From a bacterium (GTDB lineage: Bacteria > Patescibacteriota > Minisyncoccia > Phycocordibacterales > CALRBL01): a DNA stretch of 34,723 nucleotides. The DNA is taken from NCBI GenBank assembly GCA_043745565.1, contig JAYTST010000009.1, forward strand, positions 1 to 34,723, written 5' to 3'. Under the pieces are notes generated by a model, which saw nothing but the letters and a program-made list of their open reading frames with translations, ran no database searches and had not been told where the DNA came from. Shown here in pieces: positions 7,576 through 15,350 of the stretch; the stretch's first letter is position 1, and each line of letters starts with the position of its first letter. The translations under genes were made by a program, and so were the position numbers.

Positions 7576-7666
7576 GACCCACGTACCTCACCTTGACTCC
7601 CGAAAATCTGCTAAATACCCTTACGGTGCATCGCCGATCTGGTATTTAACCCACATGCCCCGCCAA
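7576..7666 (+). repeat. Three-block intergenic repeat, copy B
   Basis: See copy A. It starts 8 nt after the DUF805 stop and ends ~75 nt before the SOUL gene. Confidence 0.85.
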
Positions 7667-7742
7667 TATTAAAATCACCACCAAAAGGTAGACTGTGTTT
7701 TCATTTGCAATGATTTTGCAAAGAGTCATAATGTAAATAAAT

Positions 7743-8366
7743 ATGAAAACATTTTTAATCACACTCGTTGTCTTGATGAGTATCTGGATAGCCTACGGAT
7801 ATTTTTCGTCTCGGGTGAAAGAGCCGAAGTTTAGCGTTATCGAGAAAAAAGATGGATACGAAATCCGCGAGTATGCTCCCTATATCGAGGCGCGAGTACA
7901 AGTGAGTGGAGAATATCGCGAGGCTATGACATCAGGGTTTCGCATTTTGGCGGGATATATTTTTGGTGGTAATACAAAAAAGCAATCTATCGCAATGACC
8001 GCACCGGTGAAAGAACAAACATCGGAGAAAGTGCCCATGACTGCACCAGTTTCTGAAACAATACTTACTGACACTACTCGAGTAGTGTCATTCGTCATGC
8101 CAGAGGAGTACACGCTTTCGACCCTCCCTATTCCAAATGATAAACAAATTGAAATCATTGAAGTGCCTGCGCACAGAAGCGCGGTCCTCCGATATTCCGG
8201 ATATAACAATTCAGAGAAAGTGGCGAAGATGAAAGCAAAACTGCTTGAATACCTAAAGCGAGATACTATAATAGTAGCAAGCGCACCTCGCGGCGCTTCG
8301 TACAATCCACCTTGGACCCCGCCCTTTCTGAATCGTAATGAAATTCTAGTGGATATTAGTAAGTAG
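7743..8366 (+). CDS. SOUL heme-binding family protein with N-terminal membrane anchor
   Basis: YEIREYAPYIEA, FRILAGYIFGGN and two MTAPV motifs match the SOUL/HBP family. Confidence 0.75.
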   Translation: MKTFLITLVVLMSIWIAYGYFSSRVKEPKFSVIEKKDGYEIREYAPYIEARVQVSGEYREAMTSGFRILAGYIFGGNTKKQSIAMTAPVKEQTSEKVPMTAPVSETILTDTTRVVSFVMPEEYTLSTLPIPNDKQIEIIEVPAHRSAVLRYSGYNNSEKVAKMKAKLLEYLKRDTIIVASAPRGASYNPPWTPPFLNRNEILVDISK

Positions 8367-8390
8367 CTTTTATTTAATTAACTACATTCT

Positions 8391-8783
8391 ATGTTTATAA
8401 AACTTTACGCAATCGCCTTGCCCGTTTTCTTTGCCATCGACATGGTGTGGCTTGGGCTTATAGCTAAAAATTTTTACAAAAATCAAATTGGTTATTTGAT
8501 GACGCCAAACATAAATTGGACTGCAGCTATTCTTTTTTATCTTTTGTTTATCGTTGGATTAGTATTGTTTGTTATAGCGCCTGCTGTGGAAAAACACTCG
8601 TGGACACACGCACTACTTTTTGGTGCACTCTTCGGACTCATTACCTATGCTACCTACGATCTTACCAACCTCGCCACACTTAAAGAGTGGCCACTGTTAG
8701 TTACAGTTGTGGACCTCGTGTGGGGCACGACGCTCGGGGCTCTCGTTTCGGTTGTCACCTATTTCATTGCAGGTAAAATATAA
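8391..8783 (+). CDS. DUF2177 family membrane protein
   Basis: AIDMVWLGLIAKNFY, TYATYDLTNLATLKEWP and VDLVWGT motifs; 130 aa with 4 TM segments. Confidence 0.65.
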   Translation: MFIKLYAIALPVFFAIDMVWLGLIAKNFYKNQIGYLMTPNINWTAAILFYLLFIVGLVLFVIAPAVEKHSWTHALLFGALFGLITYATYDLTNLATLKEWPLLVTVVDLVWGTTLGALVSVVTYFIAGKI

Positions 8784-9559
8784 TGATAAACTATTTTTTG
8801 ATTCTTGCTGTACTACTTTTTTTCTACATGAGCGCATGGTTTGTGCTGTCTTTGGTGAAGAAAAGAAATGATGTAGCAGATACTGCATGGGGTCTTGGCT
8901 TTATGCTTTTAACGTGGGTATCTTTTTTCATAGGGCACGCACAAAATATTCGTGGACTTTTGGTGGGACTTTTAGTGAGCATCTGGGGTATTCGTCTTGC
9001 GTGGCACATACACAAAAGAAACAAGGATAAGTCAGAAGATTATCGTTACGCCAAGTGGCGACAAGAATGGGGTAAATGGTTTTATATACGTTCGTTTGCA
9101 CAGGTGTATCTTTTGCAGGGAGTGCTTTTATTTTTCATCGTGTTGCCTGTTTTATTTATCAATAAAAGTGGAGGCCCGGCCTTGAAAGTGTTAGATTTTG
9201 TTGGTCTTGCGGTCTGGATTCTCGGATTTGTTTTTGAATCAGTTGGCGACGCCGAGCTTGCACGGTTTATCAAAAATCCAAACAACAAAGGCAAGCTTCT
9301 GCAAAGCGGGTTGTGGCAGTACACAAGACATCCAAATTATTTTGGCGAAGTGACGATGTGGTGGGGTATCTGGTTAATTGCAATTTCTGTGCCTTCTCAT
9401 TTTTTTAGTATTATCGGACCGATTACTATTACTGTTTTAATCTTGAAAGTATCAGGTATACCACTGCTCGAAAAAAAGATGGCGGAGAACCCCGATTTCG
9501 CAGAGTACAAGAGAAAAACGAGCATGTTTTTCCCATGGTTTCAAAATAACAGTCGCTAG
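8783..9559 (+). CDS. DUF1295 / steroid 5-alpha-reductase-like membrane protein
   Basis: SGLWQYTRHPNYFGEVTMWWGIW motif in a multi-TM protein. The start ATG overlaps the DUF2177 stop (TAATG), consistent with translational coupling. Confidence 0.75.
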   Translation: MINYFLILAVLLFFYMSAWFVLSLVKKRNDVADTAWGLGFMLLTWVSFFIGHAQNIRGLLVGLLVSIWGIRLAWHIHKRNKDKSEDYRYAKWRQEWGKWFYIRSFAQVYLLQGVLLFFIVLPVLFINKSGGPALKVLDFVGLAVWILGFVFESVGDAELARFIKNPNNKGKLLQSGLWQYTRHPNYFGEVTMWWGIWLIAISVPSHFFSIIGPITITVLILKVSGIPLLEKKMAENPDFAEYKRKTSMFFPWFQNNSR

Positions 9560-9606
9560 GTGTATTATGTAGAAGACACGCCAACATTCATTAATTTATA
9601 TTTTTT

Positions 9607-10140
9607 ATGACTACTAAAGAAAAAACGGGGCAAGGCGGTTACATTGGAATAATCGTAGCTGTTATTGTGGTTATTATCATAGCTATTGTGGTCATTTCGT
9701 GGCCCAACTCGACCGCAGCACCAACACACGAAACAGCATCGACCACTGTTGAAGTTTCTACAAGCACACCAGTAAGTTCACCAGTCAAAACTTCTGGAAC
9801 AAGTACCGTCGGAAGTGCTGCGTTTAAGACAGTGATTATTGATTACACTGACGCAGGTTTTACTACAACATCTATGACCATTAACAGCGGAGACACCGTG
9901 CGTTGGGTAAATAATTCAAGTCATGGAATGTGGATCGGCTCAGCAACGCATCCGACACACACCGCGTACTCTGGCACCACCGTTGCACAGCACTGCCCCG
10001 ACACATCAGCCTCAGCATTCGATCAATGTGAATCGACAAAAAAAGGAACATCGTTCTCATTTACGTTTAACAAAGAAGGAACATGGGGTTATCATAACCA
10101 CGTCCGCGCTTCTGATTACGGAAAAATAATTGTTAAATAA
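9607..10140 (+). CDS. Membrane-anchored cupredoxin-like domain protein
   Basis: TM anchor, Ser/Thr-rich linker, then MTINSGDTVRWVNNSSHGMW...GTWGYHNHVRASDYGKIIV, which resembles a plastocyanin-like beta-sandwich. Confidence 0.5.
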   Translation: MTTKEKTGQGGYIGIIVAVIVVIIIAIVVISWPNSTAAPTHETASTTVEVSTSTPVSSPVKTSGTSTVGSAAFKTVIIDYTDAGFTTTSMTINSGDTVRWVNNSSHGMWIGSATHPTHTAYSGTTVAQHCPDTSASAFDQCESTKKGTSFSFTFNKEGTWGYHNHVRASDYGKIIVK

Positions 10141-10147
10141 CCTTCTT

Positions 10148-10516
10148 ATGGATATTTCTTCTCGCGAACATCTTACGTCACTTGTTCTTCGCTTTGGAGT
10201 TGCCTTCTCTTTTCTTTATGCAGCTTATTCGGGCTTCATGAATCCAAATGACTGGATTGGGTACTTCCCTTCTTTTGTCCAATCATTTGGATCTATCGAA
10301 ACTATTATTAAAATATGGGAAGTAGTCGAAATTATTCTCGGTGTGTGGCTCATCTCCGGAAAATATATTATTGCCTCAAGTAGTATTGCAACATTACTAC
10401 TTCTTAGTGTTGTAGTATTTAACATTCCTCAAATGGAAGTGGTCTTTCGCGACATCTCAATCGCTGCAATGTCATTCGCACTTGTTATTATGAATTGGAA
10501 AACATCACAAGCGTGA
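10148..10516 (+). CDS. Small DoxX-like membrane protein
   Basis: The track ORF starts at TTG 10130; the first ATG is at 10148 (MDISSREH). Four predicted TM helices. TGA stop. Confidence 0.45.
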   Translation: MDISSREHLTSLVLRFGVAFSFLYAAYSGFMNPNDWIGYFPSFVQSFGSIETIIKIWEVVEIILGVWLISGKYIIASSSIATLLLLSVVVFNIPQMEVVFRDISIAAMSFALVIMNWKTSQA

Positions 10517-10528
10517 TATACTTTTCTC

Positions 10529-11005
10529 ATGTCTTCTTCGATCTCATGGCATGCGTACGAGTACCATCACACACCAAAAACCTCTGATTGGTATTGGGCA
10601 CTAGGTATTATTTCCGTATCACTTGCGGGTGCAGCACTTATTTATGGAAACGGAATTCTCGCTATTCTTATTGTAGTCGCAGCGATCTCTCTTGGAATTC
10701 ACGCTCACCGAATTCCTCGCTTGGTGGATTTTGAACTCAACGAAAAAGGTGCGCGTATCGAACATACCTTTTATCCTTACGCCAGCCTTGAGTCTTTCGC
10801 CGTCGAAGCGCACGAGCATGATATTCACGATATTGTTTCTGCGAAAGTCCTTCTTAAATCAAAAAAGACTTTCATGCCTTTTATTGTCCTTCCGATGGCC
10901 GAAGTCAGTATCGAAGAAGTGCGCGAGTATCTTTCCATCTTCCTCAAAGAAGAAGAACATCGTGAATCCACCGAAGAGAAACTGTTAGAGTATTTAGGAT
11001 TTTAG
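10529..11005 (+). CDS. Hypothetical membrane protein (two TM helices plus soluble acidic C-terminus)
   Basis: ATG start, TM hairpin WYWALGIISVSLAGAALIYGNGILAILIVVAAISLGI. No family recognised. Confidence 0.5.
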   Translation: MSSSISWHAYEYHHTPKTSDWYWALGIISVSLAGAALIYGNGILAILIVVAAISLGIHAHRIPRLVDFELNEKGARIEHTFYPYASLESFAVEAHEHDIHDIVSAKVLLKSKKTFMPFIVLPMAEVSIEEVREYLSIFLKEEEHRESTEEKLLEYLGF

Positions 11006-11052
11006 TCGGGGATCCATGTCTTTTCATTACTCCCTATTTCGTGTAGTGTACA

Positions 11053-11081
11053 GAAGTACCAAAGGGCATCTTTGACACTTC
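11053..11081. repeat. Near-palindromic hairpin motif, copy 1 (core caaagggcatctttgaca)
   Basis: gaagtaccaaagggcatctttgacacttc. The core is the reverse complement of the 18-nt core at 20211-20231 and 23761-23783. Confidence 0.8.
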
Positions 11082-11087
11082 TAAATT

Positions 11088-11159
11088 GCTCTCGTCGTTC
11101 AATGGATAGGACATAACTTTGCGGAAGTTAAAATATAGGTTCGATTCCTATCGAGAGCA
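11088..11159 (+). tRNA. tRNA-Arg (anticodon GCG)
   Basis: GCTCTCGTCGTTCAATGGATAGGACATAACTTTGCGGAAGTTAAAATATAGGTTCGATTCCTATCGAGAGCA. Anticodon stem TAACT/AGTTA; loop TTGCGGA. Confidence 0.85.
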
Positions 11160-11193
11160 CAGGCTAGTGAGACCTACCGAGAGGGTTGGAAGG
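11160..11193 (+). repeat. Conserved tRNA-Arg 3' trailer hairpin (copy 2)
   Basis: caggctagtgagacctaccgagagggttggaaggt. Homologous to the minus-strand trailer at 2541-2584. Confidence 0.6.
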
Positions 11194-11242
11194 TAATAAA
11201 TAATTACCAAAACTTCTCAAGTTATGCTATTATTTGGGTCAT

Positions 11243-11797
11243 ATGAAAACTCAACAAAAAGGTTTTATTATTCCGCTAATAATAATAGTTATTGTTCTAG
11301 TTCTTGGTGGTACTTATTTTTACACACAAAGCAAAGACAATGTATCTTCAGTAAATGGTAGTCAAAAAATATCTCCTCCAACTGATAAAGAAAATCTCAC
11401 AGAAGATTTTTCTGAAAGGACAAAATCACGAAATGCACCGTATAACGCCGAGATGTTTAATTCTCTTTCTCAAGAAGAAAAAATTGATGCTGCTTTTGAT
11501 AGCAAAATAAGAACCCCTCTAGTTCTATTGAGGGCTGAAGCTGAATTATTTTTTGATGATTCAAAGACAAAATCCTTCAAAGGATTCTGTTCCTCTCAAA
11601 AAGTTATTGATGCTAATAATGAAATAACAAAGATTCAAGGAAGAGGGCTAAAATGTTTCGATAGCGATTCTGCCTATTCAGTTTCCGCGCCCTTAACATT
11701 TTATACGGAATACTTTTGTGTAGATTCCAAGGGTTCTATGATAAGCACCACGAATAAAGTAACTACCACATCCTGTGCCCATCCACTAGATAAGTAA
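11243..11797 (+). CDS. Membrane-anchored secreted protein with a pilin-like C-terminal Cys pattern (atypical prepilin N-terminus)
   Basis: MKTQQKGFIIPLIIIVIVLVLGG resembles a prepilin leader (KGF...) but lacks Glu at +5. The C-terminus has AELFFDD...FKGFC...KCFDSDSAYSVSAPL...YFCVDSKG...SC, a pattern I associate with pilin-like proteins of related genomes. The track start at 11234 is a TTG. Confidence 0.45.
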   Translation: MKTQQKGFIIPLIIIVIVLVLGGTYFYTQSKDNVSSVNGSQKISPPTDKENLTEDFSERTKSRNAPYNAEMFNSLSQEEKIDAAFDSKIRTPLVLLRAEAELFFDDSKTKSFKGFCSSQKVIDANNEITKIQGRGLKCFDSDSAYSVSAPLTFYTEYFCVDSKGSMISTTNKVTTTSCAHPLDK

Positions 11798-11882
11798 GAT
11801 TTTACCTTCAATATTATTTTAATTAGTCTTGAAGTAAGACCGAGGTGCCTCAATCTGCCATACTGAAATTACCCAAAGACCA

Positions 11883-12143
11883 CTAAACCTTCTTAACCAT
11901 TTTGGCCAACCGAGATTTTTTGCGAGAAGCGGTGTTTTTCTTGATGATTCCACCCTTTACTGCTTTGTCGAGTGCTTGGTACGCATCAGACAGAGCCTTG
12001 TTTGCTTCTTCTTTTGACTTGGCAGTTACAAGTTTCTTGAGTGATTTAACTGATTTAAGCATAGTTTCCTTGCGACGAAGGTTAACTTCCTTCTTTCGCT
12101 TTGAGGAACGTAGAGCTTTTTTAGCTGATGATGTTATAGGCAT
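11883..12143 (-). CDS. rpsT: 30S ribosomal protein S20
   Basis: MPITSSAKKALRSSKRKKEVNLRRK...KNTASRKKSRLAKMVKK; 86 aa. Internal ATG at 12141-12143 of the longer track ORF. Confidence 0.9.
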   Translation of the reverse strand: MPITSSAKKALRSSKRKKEVNLRRKETMLKSVKSLKKLVTAKSKEEANKALSDAYQALDKAVKGGIIKKNTASRKKSRLAKMVKKV

Positions 12144-12220
12144 ATGAGAAAAAATATCACACCTAGCGGAAAAATACAACTGTGCTGACACTCCGTCAAC
12201 ATTTGCGCTATACTGAACGC

Positions 12221-12799
12221 ATGATTTCACGACTAAAAGGCATTTTGGTAGACCTGGACCTAAAATCCGCAGTTATTGAGGTAAACGGCGTCGGCTACAA
12301 AGTTCACGCTGGCGGCGAGGTAATTGAGTATCTAGCAGGCAACCTCCAAAAGGAAATCTGTCTTTTCACTTACTTGGCTGTGCGCGAAAATGCTCTCGAT
12401 TTATACGGCTTCAAAAACCAAGCTTCCCTTTCGATGTTTGAGATGCTTATCACGGTATCGGGTATTGGCCCTAAATCAGCGCTTGGGATTTTGAGTGTAG
12501 CGAGCGAAGAAACAATTCGCGAAGCGATTTTTAATGAAGACACTTCCTACCTCACCAAAGTTTCGGGAGTTGGAAAGAAAAACGCCGAGAAAATAGTACT
12601 CGAACTCAAAGGTAAATTTAAAGATATGGAATACACCAAGGGTGACCAAAAAAATGTATCGAGGGAAGCGCTTGCCATCGAAGCACTCAAGTCGCTTGGC
12701 TTCGACGAAAAATCTGCGCGGGACTCAGTCAAGAAAATGCCAAAAGATATTACAGCCGAAGAAATGATCCGTCTGGCGCTGCGGGAAATTGGAAATTGA
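12221..12799 (+). CDS. ruvA: Holliday junction DNA helicase subunit RuvA
   Basis: MISRLKGILV..VIEVNGVGYKV OB-fold N-terminus. Two HhH motifs (ITVSGIGPKSAL, KVSGVGKKNAEKIV). TGA stop. Confidence 0.9.
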   Translation: MISRLKGILVDLDLKSAVIEVNGVGYKVHAGGEVIEYLAGNLQKEICLFTYLAVRENALDLYGFKNQASLSMFEMLITVSGIGPKSALGILSVASEETIREAIFNEDTSYLTKVSGVGKKNAEKIVLELKGKFKDMEYTKGDQKNVSREALAIEALKSLGFDEKSARDSVKKMPKDITAEEMIRLALREIGN

Positions 12800-12931
12800 C
12801 TCCATTATATTTTGTTAAAAAATTAGATGATATTTGAGGCGCAAGTGAGGGTTGTGACTAAACTGTACTCGTAGTACAGTGCAGGAACAAACGAACGCAG
12901 CAACGAAAAAGATCGCTAATTTTTTAATAAA

Positions 12932-13849
12932 ATGCCTGAACTACCAGAAGTAGAAACAACAGTCCGAGGAATCCGCACCCATCTTGTTGGAAAAGAAGTT
13001 GTTGATTGCTGGACGAATTATAAAAGCGACTATCACACCGGAAAAGACAATATCAAAGATCCTGCGTATTTCAGACAATTTAAAAAGCAGATTATCGGTG
13101 CCACGATCAAAGGAGCAGAGCGCCGAGCGAAAAATGTTCTCATCACTCTTTCAAACGGTTTTACCGTTCTCGTGCATATGAAAATGACAGGTCATATTTT
13201 GTACGGAATATATGCTTATGATAAAAAGAAAAATGAATGGCAAGCGACTGTTGACGGCCCGCTTAAAGATCCGTTCAATCGCTTTTTGCGTTTGGTTCTC
13301 ACATTCAAAGACGGCACCCACCTTGCGCTCTCCGACATGCGGCGTTTTGCGAAAGTAACCCTCATCAAAACAGAAGATCTCGATACTTCCCTTCACACCA
13401 AAGATCTCGGTCCCGAACCGCTTGAAAAAAGTTTCGATATCACGCTTTTTAAAAAACAACTTACTCGTCGCAGCAAAGCACCTATTAAAAATGTGTTGAT
13501 GGATCAATCACTCATCTCGGGAATTGGTAATATTTATTCTGACGAAATATTGTGGCGCGCAGGTGTTCACCCCGAATCACACTTCAACGTCATACCTATA
13601 AAAGAAATTAATGCGATGTTTAAAGCTATGAAAGAAACGCTAAAAAAAGGAATTGATTTTGGCGGAGACTCGATGTCCGACTACCGCAACATTCACGGCG
13701 AACGTGGCGAATTCAAAGAACACCACCAAGCCTACAGGCGTACCAAACTTCCCTGCAAGAAACGGGGTTGTGATGGAACTATCATTCGCAAAGTAATCGG
13801 GGGACGAAGTGGGCATTTCTGCGACGTGCATCAGAAATTGTTTATATAA
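12932..13849 (+). CDS. mutM: Formamidopyrimidine-DNA glycosylase (Fpg/Nei family)
   Basis: MPELPEVETTVRG catalytic N-terminus, H2TH region (GIGNIYSDEILWRAGVHP), C-terminal Cys zinc finger. Confidence 0.9.
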   Translation: MPELPEVETTVRGIRTHLVGKEVVDCWTNYKSDYHTGKDNIKDPAYFRQFKKQIIGATIKGAERRAKNVLITLSNGFTVLVHMKMTGHILYGIYAYDKKKNEWQATVDGPLKDPFNRFLRLVLTFKDGTHLALSDMRRFAKVTLIKTEDLDTSLHTKDLGPEPLEKSFDITLFKKQLTRRSKAPIKNVLMDQSLISGIGNIYSDEILWRAGVHPESHFNVIPIKEINAMFKAMKETLKKGIDFGGDSMSDYRNIHGERGEFKEHHQAYRRTKLPCKKRGCDGTIIRKVIGGRSGHFCDVHQKLFI

Positions 13850-13855
13850 AAGGTT

Positions 13856-13895
13856 GTGCCTTGCTCGAGTGAGCAAGGCACGGTTTTGTTGTTTT
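13856..13895 (+). terminator. Rho-independent terminator after mutM
   Basis: Stem gtgccttgctc / gagcaaggcac with loop gagt, followed by ggttttgttgtttt. Confidence 0.7.
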
Positions 13896-14184
13896 ACGGT
13901 AGGCGATTGCGCATAAGAAAAAGGATTCTCTTTGATATCCTCGCAACGTGTTTTTTTATTTTTACCCTCTGAGCTGGACCGCTCGGAAGTTTTCTTTCAC
14001 GTGCTGGATTTGGGTTTGGATTTACTCTGTCTCTCAGTGACTGTTGATAAGTTCTCTGATGCAAACCTTCTCCAATAAACGTTTCTTCTGGCTGTTCACC
14101 ATCACGTTTTTGTACACGCGATTTAATTACTGGCCCGCCTTTTTTGTATAGGTTTGGCGTACCTATGATGCATTTTTTAGGCAT
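13894..14184 (-). CDS. Small basic hypothetical protein (96 aa)
   Basis: ATG preceded by GGAG about 7 nt upstream; 43 nt downstream of the SpoU gene on the same strand. Lys/Arg/Pro-rich (NPNPNP); no family recognised. Confidence 0.35.
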   Translation of the reverse strand: MPKKCIIGTPNLYKKGGPVIKSRVQKRDGEQPEETFIGEGLHQRTYQQSLRDRVNPNPNPARERKLPSGPAQRVKIKKHVARISKRILFLMRNRLP

Positions 14185-14227
14185 AAGTTCTCCGTAAAGA
14201 CTACTATTTAATCGTCAAGGAGACAAC

Positions 14228-14785
14228 TCATGAGGTTCGACTTCGGGGAATTTTGAGGTCGAACCTCGATATCTGAAAAAGCGCCACAGCTCCTGCAACC
14301 GACACATTGAGTGACTCCTTCAAACCTTGCATCGGGATTTCAAGAATGGTATCACAGAGTTTCAGCACTTCTTTTGAAACACCAAAGACTTCCGCACCGA
14401 GAATAAGCGCAACCTTCCCTTTTGCTTGATACATTTTGTAATCAATCGACTTTTCACTTTGTTCAAGCGCCACGATTTCAAATCCTTCTTTTTTTAATTT
14501 TTTTACCAACACCTCAACTTCTTTTACATATTCATAAAGGACGCTTTTTTCAGCACCAAGCGAAATTTTTGCAAAATCACTTCTCACCCGTTCAAATCGA
14601 TCGACGGGTGTCGGTGTTGTTCCTACCAAATATATTTTTGACACCCCCGCACAATCTGCAGTACGAAAAAGCGAAGCGGTATTTTGCACACTTCGAATAT
14701 CTGCAAGCACAAGCACTATCTCGCGATCCGAACTTTTTGTTTTTGCTAATTTTGCCATTTCCGTTATAATAGCATTATGTTCCAC
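14228..14785 (-). CDS. SpoU/TrmH family RNA 2'-O-methyltransferase
   Basis: NTASLFRTADCAGV, ALILGAEVFGVS and IPMQGLKESLNVSVAGAVALF motifs. The track start is GTG at 14785; an alternative ATG is at 14758. Confidence 0.8.
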   Translation of the reverse strand: MEHNAIITEMAKLAKTKSSDREIVLVLADIRSVQNTASLFRTADCAGVSKIYLVGTTPTPVDRFERVRSDFAKISLGAEKSVLYEYVKEVEVLVKKLKKEGFEIVALEQSEKSIDYKMYQAKGKVALILGAEVFGVSKEVLKLCDTILEIPMQGLKESLNVSVAGAVALFQISRFDLKIPRSRTS

Positions 14786-15226
14786 GTTGTCACCCCATTC
14801 CCCTTTTTACTCGATTTCGCCATCTTTGCGCCCCTGCTTCTTCGTCTGGCGCTTGGCTTTTTTATCCTTGCACTCGGTTTTTCAAGCCGAGCAAAAAACG
14901 CAGTTATCGAAGAGACTAAAGTCATTAAAGATATCAATAATCAAACCGAAACCACCGTTACAACAAGTGTTGCAAGTAGCGCGCTTAGCTTCGGTGAAAT
15001 CGCCTATCGTTTTCTCTTCATTGTCGCTGGTTTCAGTTTGATTATTGGTTTCTATGTTCAGATCGGTGCACTTATCGTCGCACTTCTTATTTTCGTTTCT
15101 ATCTTCGACAAAAAGGCGCGACTAAGCGAAGAAATCGGCATGGCAGAACTCGTTCTCCTTCTTGTTATTGCCCTATCCCTCATCACCCTCGGCGCCGGCC
15201 CTTACGCTATCGACCTGCCGTTATAA
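14777..15226 (+). CDS. Hypothetical membrane protein (DoxX-like topology)
   Basis: ATG start, four hydrophobic segments. Its 5' end overlaps the 5' end of the divergent SpoU ORF if that ORF uses the GTG start. Confidence 0.45.
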   Translation: MFHVVTPFPFLLDFAIFAPLLLRLALGFFILALGFSSRAKNAVIEETKVIKDINNQTETTVTTSVASSALSFGEIAYRFLFIVAGFSLIIGFYVQIGALIVALLIFVSIFDKKARLSEEIGMAELVLLLVIALSLITLGAGPYAIDLPL

Positions 15227-15350
15227 TCTGCGTGTTATAAAAATTATTGATTAAGCTTTGACAGAATGCTATAAGTATTCTACCTTACTAAGCAGAATAA
15301 CCTCCAAAATACCTTGGTTATCAGCTTCTTGTAAAACCTCACCTCAAATT

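Noticed and set aside
7026-7666. The three-block repeats as integron attC sites
   Set aside because: An RYYYAAC-like box (ACTTAAC / ATTTAAC) is present. However, the conserved ends of the unit are direct rather than inverted repeats. No matching GTTRRRY partner is conserved in both copies, and no intI-type integrase is nearby.
7704-7722. Two TTTGCAA boxes 11 nt apart upstream of the SOUL gene as an operator
   Set aside because: The pattern is too short and AT-rich to distinguish from chance in this genome, and I saw no second occurrence.
11883-12230. The long versions of ORFs 11883..12230 and 12182..12799, which overlap head to head
   Set aside because: The conserved S20 and RuvA N-termini begin at the internal ATGs 12143 and 12221. 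The extensions are unconserved read-through of the shared promoter region.
12830-12910. A slightly GC-richer stretch with the hairpin actgtac-tcgta-gtacagt upstream of mutM, as a riboswitch or sRNA
   Set aside because: There is a single short hairpin only. It shows no resemblance to riboswitch cores I know, and there is no repeat elsewhere in the window. The evidence is insufficient.
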